Source: Hemiscyllium ocellatum (taxonomy: Eukaryota). Taken from it: a DNA stretch of 64,000 nt. The stretch is from the NCBI RefSeq assembly GCF_020745735.1, contig NC_083409.1:24324048-24388047 (forward strand). Reading direction: 5' to 3'. The notes under the pieces are model-generated. The model ran no database searches. It had not been told where the DNA came from and worked only from the letters and a program-made list of their open reading frames with translations. Shown in pieces: positions 48,501-60,140 of the stretch (the stretch's first letter is position 1; the number at the start of each line of letters is the position of its first letter). The translations under genes were made by a program, and so were the position numbers.

Positions 48501-51500
48501 CTTTTCAGGGTTTAAGAAGCTGAGTAAACCCACGAAGGAGTAAGGAATAGATGGTGTTGCTGATGTTGAGATGAAGTAGGATGGGAGCAGTCTGAACTTT
48601 AGCTTCTAACGTGACCCAGCTGGGTGCAATGATCAGTACCTGAGCTGTGTGCTGTGCTATTGTTAGGGGTGGTGAACTGTTGAACTATACATAAGTCACT
48701 TGGAGCTTGGTCTTCCAGACACAAATGCCATCTTTCACAGGACACTAAAATGTGGAAGTGTTGTGAACAGTGAGGAGGCTAGTGTAGAACTTCAAATAGG
48801 TCTTAGTCAAGTTGGTCACATGAGCAGACAAGGGGCAGATGAAATTTGATAGCGTGAGTTGTGAAGTGATTCCATTGATACAATTAATGTGGAGAGCCAA
48901 TGTCGGGATTTTCCCTGCTTCGAGCGACATGGACAATGGCAGGAAAGCTTGGAAAACATTAACTAGCAAAAGGTCCCATTTCCTGACCAAGCGTTGAATG
49001 ATGAGACACTCATTAGTGAGTGGCAAAAGGCTTATTTAATGCACATTCACTTTCTCACTTAGCCTCCTGATATACAGTTTCCCATTCTCCATCTGCCCCA
49101 TGGAACATGGACAGGAGTAATTCTCGGTGTGCTAAAAGCAGTATTCTGGTGACTTCAGCTCACCACTTTCTTGTCTAACCATCCATCTCATACTACCCTT
49201 CCCCCCATATCTCCCCCCCACCCACCCACAATCCTGCACATCCACTCCCACGCACCCCTTGTTTCCTAGTCCCACAACCTCAATCCCCCACTTCTATCAC
49301 CTCCGCCCATCGCTCCAGTCCCCCACTCCCTCAACCCCTGAATCCACTAATCCCCACTCCCACACCCGTTAATCTACCACGCACACCCACTCCCTCCAAT
49401 ATTCCACCTCACTTTCCTACTCCCACCCCTACCCATTCACCGTCCTCCCATCATCACTCCCACATCGCAATACTCTCCCCCCTCCCACTATCGAGCCGGA
49501 GTACTTAATGATTTGTGTGTTGCGAGAATATGTTGTATACATAAAGAAGTGAGTTTAAGAGGATACCACAAGAAACCTTGTTAGGGCTCATGGAGGAAAA
49601 CCCTCCGTGAAATATGGTAAACTTTACACTTTAAAGAACAGAATCCCTATAGCGTAGAAATAGGCCATCAGCCCAACAAGTCCACACCAATTCTCCGAAG
49701 ACCATCCCACGCAGATCTTACTCTATCTCTGGAACACTGCATTTCCCATGGTTAATCCACACCTAATTTACCCATCCGTGGATACTATAGACAACTTAGC
49801 ATGGCCAATTGACCTAACCTGCACATATTTGGATCTGAGAGGAAACTGAAGCACACAGAGGAACTCACGCAGACTCAGGGAGAATGTGCAAACTCCACAC
49901 AAGCTTCCTGGCAAAACTTTGATATACAACAACCTTGTATACGGAGGTGAATGTGCCACTAATTGAGCTAATGCTGATCCCCACGCACAAGGAGAGAGAA
50001 AAACATGTTCAGCCAGTGAGTGGTTAAGGTGTGGAATGCACTGCCTGAGAGTGTGGTGGAAGCAGCTTCAATTTAAACATTCCGAAGGGACTGAGACTGT
50101 TATTTGAAAAGGAACAATGTGCAGGTGACAGGGAGAAGGCAGGAGAATGACACTCAGTGATTTGCTCAGAGAGGATGTGTGGAATGGCATCCGTGCGCAC
50201 TGTAACAATTCTGTGAGGCTTTGAAAGGCACTAAAAGAAATGTAAGCTGTACGTTTGTTTTCCTCAGTCAAGTACCTGTCAGAAATCCTTAAAGTAAACT
50301 CAAGTAAAATCCTGTCAATTTTACAAGAACCCACAATCACCTCCTGTTGCCTCACAGCCTTAGCATTTAGATCATTCAATCTTTTAAAGACAGGATGGAT
50401 AGGCTGAGAGTTTTTTTTCCCACTGGAGGGTAGGAGGTTGAGAGATGATCTTATAGAAGTTTTTAAAATCATGAGGGGTATAGGTAGACTTAATGGTTAG
50501 TGTGTCTTTTCCCTAGGGTGGGGGACTTCAAAGTGAGGGGGCACATGTTTAAGGTGAGAGGAGAGAGACTTCAAAAACACATGAGGGACAAATTGCTTAC
50601 ATAGAGGATGGTTCATGTGTGTAGAATAACCTACTGATGAAGTGGTGGATGTGGGCACACTCACAATGTTTAAAAGACAGTGGGATAAGTCCATGAACAG
50701 GAAGGGTTTGGAGGGATACGGGACTAGTTTAGTTTGGAATCATGTTCATCATGGACTGGTTGGACTGAAGGGTTTGTTTCAATGCTGTATGACTCGATGA
50801 CACCTCCTTTATTCTTGCACATCTCCTCTTTCTGCAGTTATTTAAAAGCTGCTCATTGTTAATCTCTCCTAATTCTGACAAAAGGTATTCGAATTAAAAT
50901 GTTAACTCTGTTTCACTTTCCACAGATGCTAATTCTCTCTGCTGAATAGTTCCAGCATTTTCCTCATTATATTAACACTGGTTAATAAGATAGAGGAGAC
51001 CGCCTCTACAAATGGACACAGATTGAAACTGTTGTTGGCCCCTGAGTATTGCAATGCCTCATCACGAGCACCAAGACATCACTTTGCTGATGGGAAGAAG
51101 GACACTACCTGTGAGATCCTTCATGATTGTTTGGTCCGTCTGTGCCTCCACATGCTGCCCTCAAAGTGGCTGCATTGACAAAGAAACTTTTTGTCTATTC
51201 ATTCATGGGATGAGGGCATCGCTGACCAATCTGACATTTATTGCCCATCCCTAATTGCCCAGAGGGCAGTTAAGAGTTAACCACATTGCAGTTGGTCTGG
51301 AGTCACATGTAGGCCAGACTGGGTAAGGATGGCAGATTCCTTCCCTCAAGGACATTAGTGAACCAGATGGATTTTTCCAACAGTGGACAATGGACTCATG
51401 GTCATCATTAGACTCTTAATTCCAGATTTTACTGAGTTCAAATTGCACCATCTGCCATGGCAGGATTCAAACCCAGGTCCCCAGAATATTACCTGAGACT

Positions 51501-54061
51501 CTGGATTAACAGTCTGGACATAATGCCACTAGGCCAGTGCCTCACACAATTCCTGCTGGAATGTGTGTTTGCAAAGTAAGTCTGGAGAAAGATGCAGTGT
51601 TTGTGTCGAGGTTCGTCCCGAGCAGCTCTGTGACATGTATCTGTGCCCTACGGTCTGTTCCTTGGGACGCACACCGAGACAGACACTGACTGCACCTGGA
51701 GGACCACCAACTCAGTGAAAGATGCTCTTCAAAACATATTGGTCTTCCAGAGCAAGGAGTTGACCCTGTCCAAATGTTGCAGACTGGCACATTCCAAGGT
51801 CCAGAACTACGTACTGAGGGATGAACTAAAGCTTGGGGCAGCTGCCATCAAGGCACAGTGGGGGAGGACCACCAACTAAGGTCTCTCTGCTGAACTTAAA
51901 TGGGGTTCATTCAGTTATCAGACCCTCCCGGTGCCTCAAACGTATATAAATGTAATCTTATATATGTAACAAATGCCTTGCTGGATAGAATCAAACATCA
52001 ATGTTTCTTTTGTTTCTTCATAAGCTATTGCAGAGAAACAAACTGCTTTAGTGACTATGTATGTATATAAAGATTTTTTTATTAATAAAACATTTTTGAA
52101 ATTGAAAAAAGCTGCTACTCCTGCTGAGTGTTTTCATATCCTGTCTTTGCTGAAGGTAGCAATCTGCAATATTTGACCCTGTAATTTTTGGGTGAGGTAG
52201 CGTGTGCTTATAACGTGTATCTCGGTAAATTTATGCTTATGAAAGTCTTGAAAAGATTAGTTCCATGTCCAACCTCCACACCCAGACCAGAACACAAAGA
52301 ATCGAACATTTGAGCAGCACAAAGAACTTAACTGAGGACACCCCAGAATTTACCACTGTCCGAAATATATGAAAATGTTTAAGAGTTGTTACCTCTGAGG
52401 ACATTTGTTGGATGCAAATCCCGGTGAGCAAATTTAACCTTGTGCAAAATCTGAAGAGCCTGAACCAACTGCTTCATTATTTTAGGGGCGTCGCTTCGTA
52501 TTTTGTCCGGCCACTTGCTCACACATTCCTCAAGGTTATACTCGCAGAGATCCAGGCACAGGTAATCACAGAAATCATCGCTTTCACAATAACGGAGGGT
52601 CGCGAAGCGACTGCTGCCGCTGATTTTGGGATCACGGAGGCAATCCAATTCTCTGTTGGCTGCCTCGACACCTTTCCTGTGACACTTCACTGCCACTTCG
52701 ATCTCATTGTTAAAGAACCCGAGGTAGACCTCCGTCGCGCTGCGTTCTCCTGTAATTTTATAATCCGGGATTCTGGATAGTTTCAGCTTCCCAATGGGGT
52801 CACGGGGCTCCACCTGCAGTTTCCGCAGGCTCTCTTTCCAGCGTACGCTGTGCTCCTTCCATCTTGAAGGAGGTCTTCCTTCATTGGGGGCCACCTTCTC
52901 TGCCCCATGCTTAATCAGCACGTTTTTTGTTTTATTGTCATACTTCCTTATGGCTATCCTTAACGGCGTGTCCCCGCGGTTGTTCGCGCGGGATACATCA
53001 GCCCCCCTCTTACACAGCATCTCTGTCAACGAGGTATCCTGGTTTTCCACAGCTGCGAGCAGGGCCGTCTGGCCTGAACGGTCTTGTGCGTTGATGTCCG
53101 TGCAATCACTCTCCAGCAGAAGTTTAGCCACCCTGGGCATCTTCTTCTCGACTGCAAGGATCAGTGGCGTTTTCCCCTCGGCGTCCTGAAGATTGAGATC
53201 CTGGGTGCACTTCACCAGCTGTTCCAACAGGGGCCTTCGGAGGGTACACCTGCTCAAGGCGACACTCAGGGGCGTGTTGTGATTTCTGTCCATGGCATTA
53301 ACATCTGCTCCCCGTTTCAACAGAGCCTCCACGACCTCCTCGTTGTCCCTCTCCAAGGCGTGGAGCAGTGGCGTCTTGCGGATGTTGTCGAACGCATTGA
53401 CATCGGCGCGCATTTCATCCAACAGGATCTCGACAATGTCCTTGCGGCCTTTCATCACGGCGTCAATCAGGGCTGTCTTGCCGCCTTTGCCCACACTGGC
53501 CCGGGCGCCGGGCACTTGCCTGCCCTTGTTCACATCAGCGCGCTGCTGGAAGAGGAAGCGCAGCGCCTCCTCATGGCCGTACTGCGCCGCCTCCATGAGG
53601 GCGGTGAAGCCGTTGTGGTCCGCCTCGTCGATGGCCGCGCCCAAGGCGAGAAACCTCTTCAGCAGGCTCACGTTGCCCGTGATCGCGGCGACGATGAAGG
53701 GCGAGGCGCCATTCTTCTTCGGCAGCCCGGGCTCGGCCCCGTGTTGCAGCAGCAAGTCGGCCATGTCTTCATGGTCCGCTTGCACAGCGTTAAGCAGCGG
53801 CGACCATTGGTATTGCGGCTCCCGGTAGTTCACGTCCACTCTGTTGCTCGCAAGCAACTTCTTCATAATGTCGAGGTGACCTTTCTGCGCAACTTTACAT
53901 AAAATGGAGCCAACCTCGTCAACACTGAGATTTTCCAAGGCGCCCTCGTCAATTAACTTCTCAGCCCGAGAGAGATCTGGATTGTTAGACTCACAGACAC
54001 CTCGAAGCTCATCACCAAGTCTGGTCCCATCGACCATTTGTTCCTCTCCTTGTTCTGCCAT
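33456..54061 (-). CDS. RNASEL: 2-5A-dependent ribonuclease L (RNase L); 6 coding exons, 2439 nt, 812 aa predicted, no disabling lesion
   Basis: Exons 54061-52393, 48298-48126, 46306-46089, 40864-40732, 39090-38966 and 33576-33456 join with phases 1,0,2,0,2 into one open frame. Ankyrin repeats + kinase-like domain + KEN/RNase domain (KWTEK, YKDTTSDLLKFIRNLIQH, LFPDLIVAVY), colinear with mammalian RNASEL. Confidence 0.96.
38966..39090 (-). CDS. RNASEL: RNASEL coding exon 5: RNase catalytic motif
   Basis: TTCCTTCTAG|G acceptor. VDSVLLNDMNK...YKDTTSDLLKFIRNLIQHFDEKK. Donor GA|GTATGT. Confidence 0.93.
39430..40437 (-). repeat. Partner copy of the inverted ~1-kb duplication at 8867-9883
   Basis: Reverse-complement colinearity with 8867-9883. 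Confidence 0.9.
40732..40864 (-). CDS. RNASEL: RNASEL coding exon 4: start of RNase (KEN) domain
   Basis: CCCCTCCAG|C acceptor. KAQLIQSLANEKDVVKRNHDSQIVQILN...SFHKWTEK. Donor AAG|GTACAC. Confidence 0.92.
41222..41473. mobile_element. Very young Penelope terminal fold-back insertion with 16-bp TSD and hammerhead core
   Basis: TSD TAGAAACATACATAGC at 41222-41237 and 41458-41473. Perfect 89-bp arms 41235-41323 / 41335-41423. Confidence 0.9.
46089..46306 (-). CDS. RNASEL: RNASEL coding exon 3: kinase-like C-lobe
   Basis: GACAG|GCA acceptor. ALGRLLHFVVSGG...AEARDFVECLL...EHHPLLWKDL. Donor GA|GTAAGT. Confidence 0.92.
48126..48298 (-). CDS. RNASEL: RNASEL coding exon 2: DFD motif and activation/P+1 segment
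   Basis: Acceptor TTCTCCAG|AT. DVEENFRLADFDKSVHFDKNPALPICPGTWEASEILQKLEHLPKATFTEDELFKADVQ. Donor CAG|GTCCAC is weak; an in-frame alternative GTG|GTGACT lies 12 nt further. Confidence 0.88.
51560..52110 (+). mobile_element. Tx1/L1-clade LINE 3' end
   Basis: YGLFLGTHTETD...KCCRLAHSKVQNYVLRDELKLGAAAIKAQWG ORF2 C-terminus, then AATAAA and an A-rich tail. Confidence 0.75.
52393..54061 (-). CDS. RNASEL: RNASEL first coding exon: ankyrin repeats and kinase-like N-lobe to catalytic loop
   Basis: Acceptor TTCCTTCCCAACAG| at 54087, ATG at 54061 (MAEQGEEQ). [56 protein letters not shown]. Donor GAG|GTAACA. Confidence 0.96.
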
Positions 54062-54161
54062 TCTCGGTTGAAGTCCAGCTTCCTTCCTGTTGGGAAGGAA
54101 AAGCAAAACAATCAACTCTGCACTTCACGCCCTCACCTCACCCACCTCATCATTCAAATGC

Positions 54162-54173
54162 ACTTTCATTTCC
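54162..54173 (-). promoter_or_regulatory. Possible Ets-IRF composite element (GGAAATGAAAGT) just upstream of the RNASEL first coding exon
   Basis: Matches GGAAnnGAAA, 76 nt from the acceptor. A single short motif only. Confidence 0.3.
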
Positions 54174-57100
54174 CTCATCTCAATGGCTCAGGGTTTCGCT
54201 GAAGCGATTTGTCATTCAGATCGTGCATCGTCGTGGGTCCTAACCCACAACTAGTTTCTTCAGAGAACATTCTTCACTATTTTGGCTCAACTCTCACAAA
54301 CAGTTGAGCAGATCAAGGCAAAACATGGCGGGGTGATACAACTAATAGTCAGTCAGTGGGGATTGTTGCCAGACATGACGACCTTGGGATGCAAGTTCAT
54401 AGTTCTTTGAAAAGCGGGAATCGCAAGTAGGCAGGGCAGTGAAGGAGGCACGAAAATAGAAGTAGCTGGAAAAGCTGAGCAGGTCTGGCAGCATCTGTGA
54501 AGAGAAATCAGAATTAATGTTTCGATTCCGGTGAACATCCCTCAGAACCGGAAGCGTTAACTCTGATTTCTCTTCACAGATGCTGCCAGACCTGTTGAGG
54601 TATTCCCAAAATTGCTGGTTTATAGCATCTGCAGTTCTTTTGGTTTTTATTCATGGAAGAAAGCGTTTGGTGCGCTTGCCTTGATTGGTCAGTGCGTTGA
54701 GTGTTGAGGTTAGACAGTCACGTTGCGGTTGTACAGGACATTGGTTAGGCCACTTTGGGAATACTGCGTTCATTCCTGATCTCCCTGCTATAGGAAAGAT
54801 GTTGTTCAACTTGAAAGGGTTCAGAAAAGATTTACAAGGATGTTGCCAGGGTTGGATGGTTTGAGCTATTGGGACAGACTGAATAGGCTGGGGCCATTTT
54901 CCGTCAAGCATCGGAGGCTGAGGGATGCCCTTGTAGAGGTTTATAAAATCATGAATGACTGATAGGGTGAACAGCCATGGTCTTTGTCCCAGGGAAGGGG
55001 AGTCCAAAACTAGAGGGCTGAGAAAATATTTAAAAGGGATCGAAGGGGCAACTTTTTCACGCAGAGAGTGGTGCGAGTATGGAATGAGCTGCCAGTAGAA
55101 ATGGTGAAGGCTAGTACAATTTCAACATTTAAAACGCATCTGGACAGGTACATGAATAGGAAGGGTTTACATGGATATGGGTCAAATGCTGGAAAATAGC
55201 ACTGGATTAATTTTGTATGTCTGGTCACCATGGACACATTATGGACAGGTGCTGTATGACGCTATAACTCTGACTCTAAAACCTCACAGCACTTCCAACA
55301 AGTTCTTCATTTCAACATTGTTTCATCACCTCTCATTGAACTGTGTTATCTATTCTTGCGATGTGGGATTTGATGGCAAGACCAACTTTTCCTCCCCCTG
55401 TCCCTTGATAGTGAGCTACCTTCCTGAACCACTGGGATGCATCTGGGATCAGGTCACCTCAGGTACTTTTAGGGAGGGAGTTCTGGGACTTTGACCCAGT
55501 GACACTGAAGGGACAGCAATATAGTTCCCTGCGTCAGGATGGTGCATTACATGGAGGGGAACACTTGCTGCAGGGGACGCATTACCTTGTATCTATGGCC
55601 CATGTCCTTCCAGGAGGCAGTGGTCATGGACTTGGAAGGTGCTGAAATAGTCTTCAGTTAACATTTCCATGGTACCAGAAATGTAAAGGATCAGTAGGTA
55701 CCTTAAAGTATTCAATCAGTACTTGTTCCAAGAGCAATCAGTCTTTATATTTGTGCAATGGTTAAGGATTAGGGAACCTCCCGGACCCTGTGCAGAAACC
55801 AATGACGATGAGAGGAAATATTTTACCAAAACAGGAGAAGGTGCCTTTGAAGCACTTTATGGTTTAAAAAAAAATCATGTTTTTAGGAATTTCCAGGCAC
55901 TTCAAAATGGGAATACTAGAACCAGGAAATTGTCCCAAGGGATCACTTTCACTAGAATCCCAATCATTTTACCCTATTTTCCAGAAAACCTCCTGAAACT
56001 GCACGACATGCTGTATCACAGGATGGTTAAACTGTGATATTTCCATTGATATGAATGGATTAGATATTCCACACTGACTATTTGAGTGAAGTTGTTTTGA
56101 AGATTCATTCTCTTATCTGAGGGGGTGAACGGGAAGATCCAAATTTTCAAAGGATTCTTTAATGGGCTCCTTCATGTCTCTTCCTTAGGTATTTATAATT
56201 CAATTTTTGTCCATCAATTTTATGATTTGTTTTTAAATGTTAGTTGCCCCTTATCAGTTCAAGCCTGGAGATTCCAGGTCTTGCAGCATTTGAATGTGTA
56301 CTGTTTCAGTATCTGAAGAATTGCGAATGGTGCTGAACATAGTGCAATCATCTACAAACACTTCTGACCTTATGATGGAGGGAAACTCATTGATGAAGCA
56401 GCTGAAATGGTTGGGCCTGGACACAACCCTGAGGAACTCCTGCAGAGATGTCCTGGAGCTTGGACAACTGACCTCCAACAACTACAACTATCTTCCGATG
56501 TGCCTGGTGTGACTCCAGCCAGTGGAGAGTTTGACCCAGTACCCAGTTTTGCTTGGGCTTTTTGATGCCACAGAATCAGAGGCTGGTGTGAGTTTAGAAT
56601 TTCCTGGACTGTAAGGGCCTTGGAGACAAGAGGCAGGATCACAGAATATTTTTACAATGGGGTACACAGATCATTAGCTGGAGGAATTAATGGTCATTCA
56701 GGGTTGATGAGAATGTGGAAATCAAAACACAAATGGCAGAAGGCTGGAGGGGCCATGTAATCTAATTCTGCTCCTGTATCATAACAGCCAATCACTTTGC
56801 TGTTGGTTTGGAGTCACACATCGGTCAAGACCAGGCAAGGATGTCAAATTTCCTTCCCTTTTAAGGAAATGATAATCATAGAATTCCCTACAGTGTGTAA
56901 GCAAGCCATACCTACCCTCTAAAAAACATCCCACCCAGACTCACCCCTCCCCCCAACCCTGAATTTCCTATGGCTAATCCACCTAGCCCACACATCCCTG
57001 GACACTACGGACAATTTAGCATGGCCAATCTACATAACCACATCTCTGGAACGTGCAAATGCCACATAGCCAGTTGCCTGAGGGTGGAATTGAACCCGGG

Positions 57101-58239
57101 TCGCTGGTGCTGTGAGGCAGCAGTGCTGACCACTGAGCCACCATGTTGCTCAACAATTAGTAATGCTGATTGCTGTAAAAACCTATCAACTCATGGTCAT
57201 CATTGGACTCACTTTTTAACCCCATCTGCCAGAGAAGGATTTGAACCAGTGCCCCCACAGCATTAGTCTAAGCCTCTGAAATATTTGTTAGTGATAGTGT
57301 CAACATACTACGAGGACTGACCCCAAACATCGAGCTACTTCCCCATTACCTCTCCTCCCCTCCCCCCCACCTACCTCTCACAAACTGGCCAATAATGTCA
57401 GCATCACACCCACCTCTCTACTACACATTAAAGGCAAGGATGGTGTGGTGAATTTCCAATCAGGTTGTAGTCCCACCCTTCCTAAGAATCAGTTTTAACA
57501 ATAGTGAGCCAGGGATGAAGGGCTCTAATCTCACGGAGAGACATTGAGCAGATCAACTAAAGAGTTTTGGAATTGAAGAACAAGGGATTAGGAAATGACA
57601 GAATAATGCAGGAATCTAATTCGGAAAATGTGCCGTCATGTTTGGGAAGCAGAAACAAGGGAATACACAATTAACGTCAAAGATCTAAGAAATGCATTAA
57701 CATGAAACAGCTTATCCACAGAGCCCTGAAAATAGCAAGATAGATAGACAAGTGAAAGTATACAAATTATAGACCGGGAGAGGGGGGAGGTAATGTCAGA
57801 GCCATTTCACGCGTATCTAAGACATATATTTCTGTATGAACGGAACACAAACTCTCTTGAACGTGGTTTGAAGAAATCGAAATGCAAATGGAACATGTAC
57901 AGTAATTCGATTGCCAGAATCATTGTTCTTGGGGCTTTGGTCTCAGCTTCACTGTGTACAGCTTCCGGTCACCACATTCCAGGAAAGTAGTGAACAAACT
58001 GCACCCCTCTTAAATGTTGGAGATTAGACCATTCCAAATGCAAATAGGATTTAATGAAACAACCTCTGTCATTTCCATCCCAGTCAGATCACAAGAAGGA
58101 AAAGACATGTCCAGGTTTAAAACTCGCTCGGTTTGGCAGGTTAACCCATTTGCTTCCTGCCCACAAATTTAACCTTTAGTTCACTTTGTTTGACATGGTA
58201 CAATAAGCACAAAATTGAAGTTCAGTGCGAGCCATTCAT

Positions 58240-58790
58240 TAAGAGCACTGCATCAGGAAACGCGTCCTTTTTAAAACGCTTTCACTTTCTATAGCTCGTG
58301 AACAGCGAGCAAAGCAAGCTGAAATTAAAACAAAGACTGCAATATTCAGCTTATGAAATGGACCAACTAGTCTACTCAAACACCGCTTGTCCGACTCTCC
58401 TTGCCCTTATGCCATCTTCCAAAACAATAAACATGCGAGAGGCATGGATTTCGTGCAGCGGTGACCCTTGCAACGTTTCGTCTGCGTTCAGAAATGGGGT
58501 GTGGCTTTGTTTGCAATGCTGTGGAGTGCACTCTGATAGTCCTGCTTCCACCCCCTGCACATCAGGCGATACTGTTGAGGAAAACAGTAATGTTTCACAA
58601 GCGAGCGCGACTCAGAACGCTTCCTCTAAGTACAAGACAGCTCAGCAAAACACTTTCCTGTCCACTGTGGACGGCGTGGTTACCGAGAAACTATTGGGAA
58701 ATGTCCAACGTGCTTACCTTTCAATAACAACCACAGAGTGAGTCAAAGCACTTCACAGCCGACTAAAAAAAACGTGTGAACACTGGCGAT
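58240..58790. promoter_or_regulatory. CpG-enriched candidate RNASEL promoter/first-exon region with a consensus ISRE
   Basis: AGAAAGTGAAAGC on - (58278-58290). About two dozen CpG in ~550 nt against CpG-poor flanks. Consensus minus-strand donor AAG|GTAAGC at 58718/58717. It is the main non-repeat CpG-rich island upstream of the coding exon. Confidence 0.65.
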
Positions 58791-59109
58791 TGATGTAATC
58801 AAAGAGGTGTCCCTCACATTCTCAGGCCATTCTGCTCACCACCTCTGTGCTGGCTCTTTCCAGCAACTCTCCAATTAATCCCTTTCCGAAACCTTTCATA
58901 GAGTCATACAGCACGGAACAGACCTTTCGGTCCCATTGATCCACGCCGAATATATTCTGAAACTAAACTAGTCCCACCCGCCTACACTTGGCCCATATCC
59001 TTATTCAAATACTTATTCAAATGTCTTTTAAACCTGCATCCACCACTTCCTCTGGCAGTTTATTGCACACACTTATCACTCTGCATTAAAAAAAGTCGCC
59101 CATGTCCTT

Positions 59110-60140
59110 GTTTTTGTTTTTATGTGCGTATTTATTGAAAAAATCTTTACTCTTTTACAAAAAGAAAAAGTTATAAAAGTACAAAAATACAGAGAAATAG
59201 AAATAATACATTATTATATTACAGTAATGTTAACAATAAACTACTACTATTCTCCAGGATACAATTGTCTCATATTTACTTAACCCAAGTTAAAATAAAC
59301 TCAAATTTAATGAAATAGAACTGACTTAAGTTATAATCCAATTAAAATAAGTTACACTACTTTCCACTACTCCACTCGCTGCCCCCGTCCACGGGAGCAA
59401 CAATTATTATATCCATATTTACTTCCCGCAGGGTCCCCAGACCACCATATATGGCCCACACAAGTATATAAAGGCCCTAATCAGCACCACTGATAGATCC
59501 ATGTCTGTGTAATTTAAAAAGGGCCACCATGTCTTATAAAGTCACTCTGTTCCATGGTGCACCATGGTATATAGTACTAACCGAGAGAGCACCCTTCTCT
59601 CTATTTCCAACTTGTTCAACTGAGCCAAGAGTGTAGTCTTCTTCTGTATATGATCCCTAACCCGAATGTATCAGAAAAGGCCCCTATTAGGAATCCCTGA
59701 CTTAATTGGTTGAAATACATCAAGACCTCTCCCTCGAATAAATTTCCCAAATAGGAGATTCCCATGCTCTAAAGCCAGAGTCCATTGACCCCAGCCTAAA
59801 TCCTGGGGGTCCCACGAATGGAGTGAATGGCGAAGTCTTAAGCAAACTGCCCTCACCCTGCCGCATTATCCTCCAGGCTTTCACCGTGTTTAAGATAATT
59901 AGGCTCTCACAGTGCTCATAAACAGTACATTGATAAGGGGACACCTCACCTGCGAGGCCTCAGCATCAAGCCATATCGACCTTGAGTCCTTACGCACTCA
60001 GTCACCCACATATGACAGCAGGGCACGTAATTGGTATTTCTTCAGATCTGGGAGATCCACTCCCCCATATCCTGCGGAAGTAGCAGCTTGGTACATTTAA
60101 TTAGGGGGTGCGTATGACACCAAATAAAGGATCCAAGCCA
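59110..60140 (-). mobile_element. L1-clade LINE 3' portion, inserted in a CR1 fragment
   Basis: Minus strand GGVDLPDLKKYQL-type segment, AATAAA plus A-rich tail at ~59110-59135. Confidence 0.65.

Noticed and set aside
53084-53902. Long + strand ORFs (272 aa, 178 aa) antisense to RNASEL
   Set aside because: Shadow frames of a GC3-rich coding exon; no recognisable domain.
55720-56270. 104-aa ORF with an NF-kB-like AGGAATTTCC upstream of RNASEL
   Set aside because: The minus strand resembles decayed L1 ORF2, and the motif is imperfect and isolated.
58490-58545. GVWLCLQCCGVH as an ArfGAP zinc finger
   Set aside because: Only the second CxxC half resembles ArfGAP. The CX2CX16CX2C spacing and the catalytic Arg are absent, so no domain call was made.
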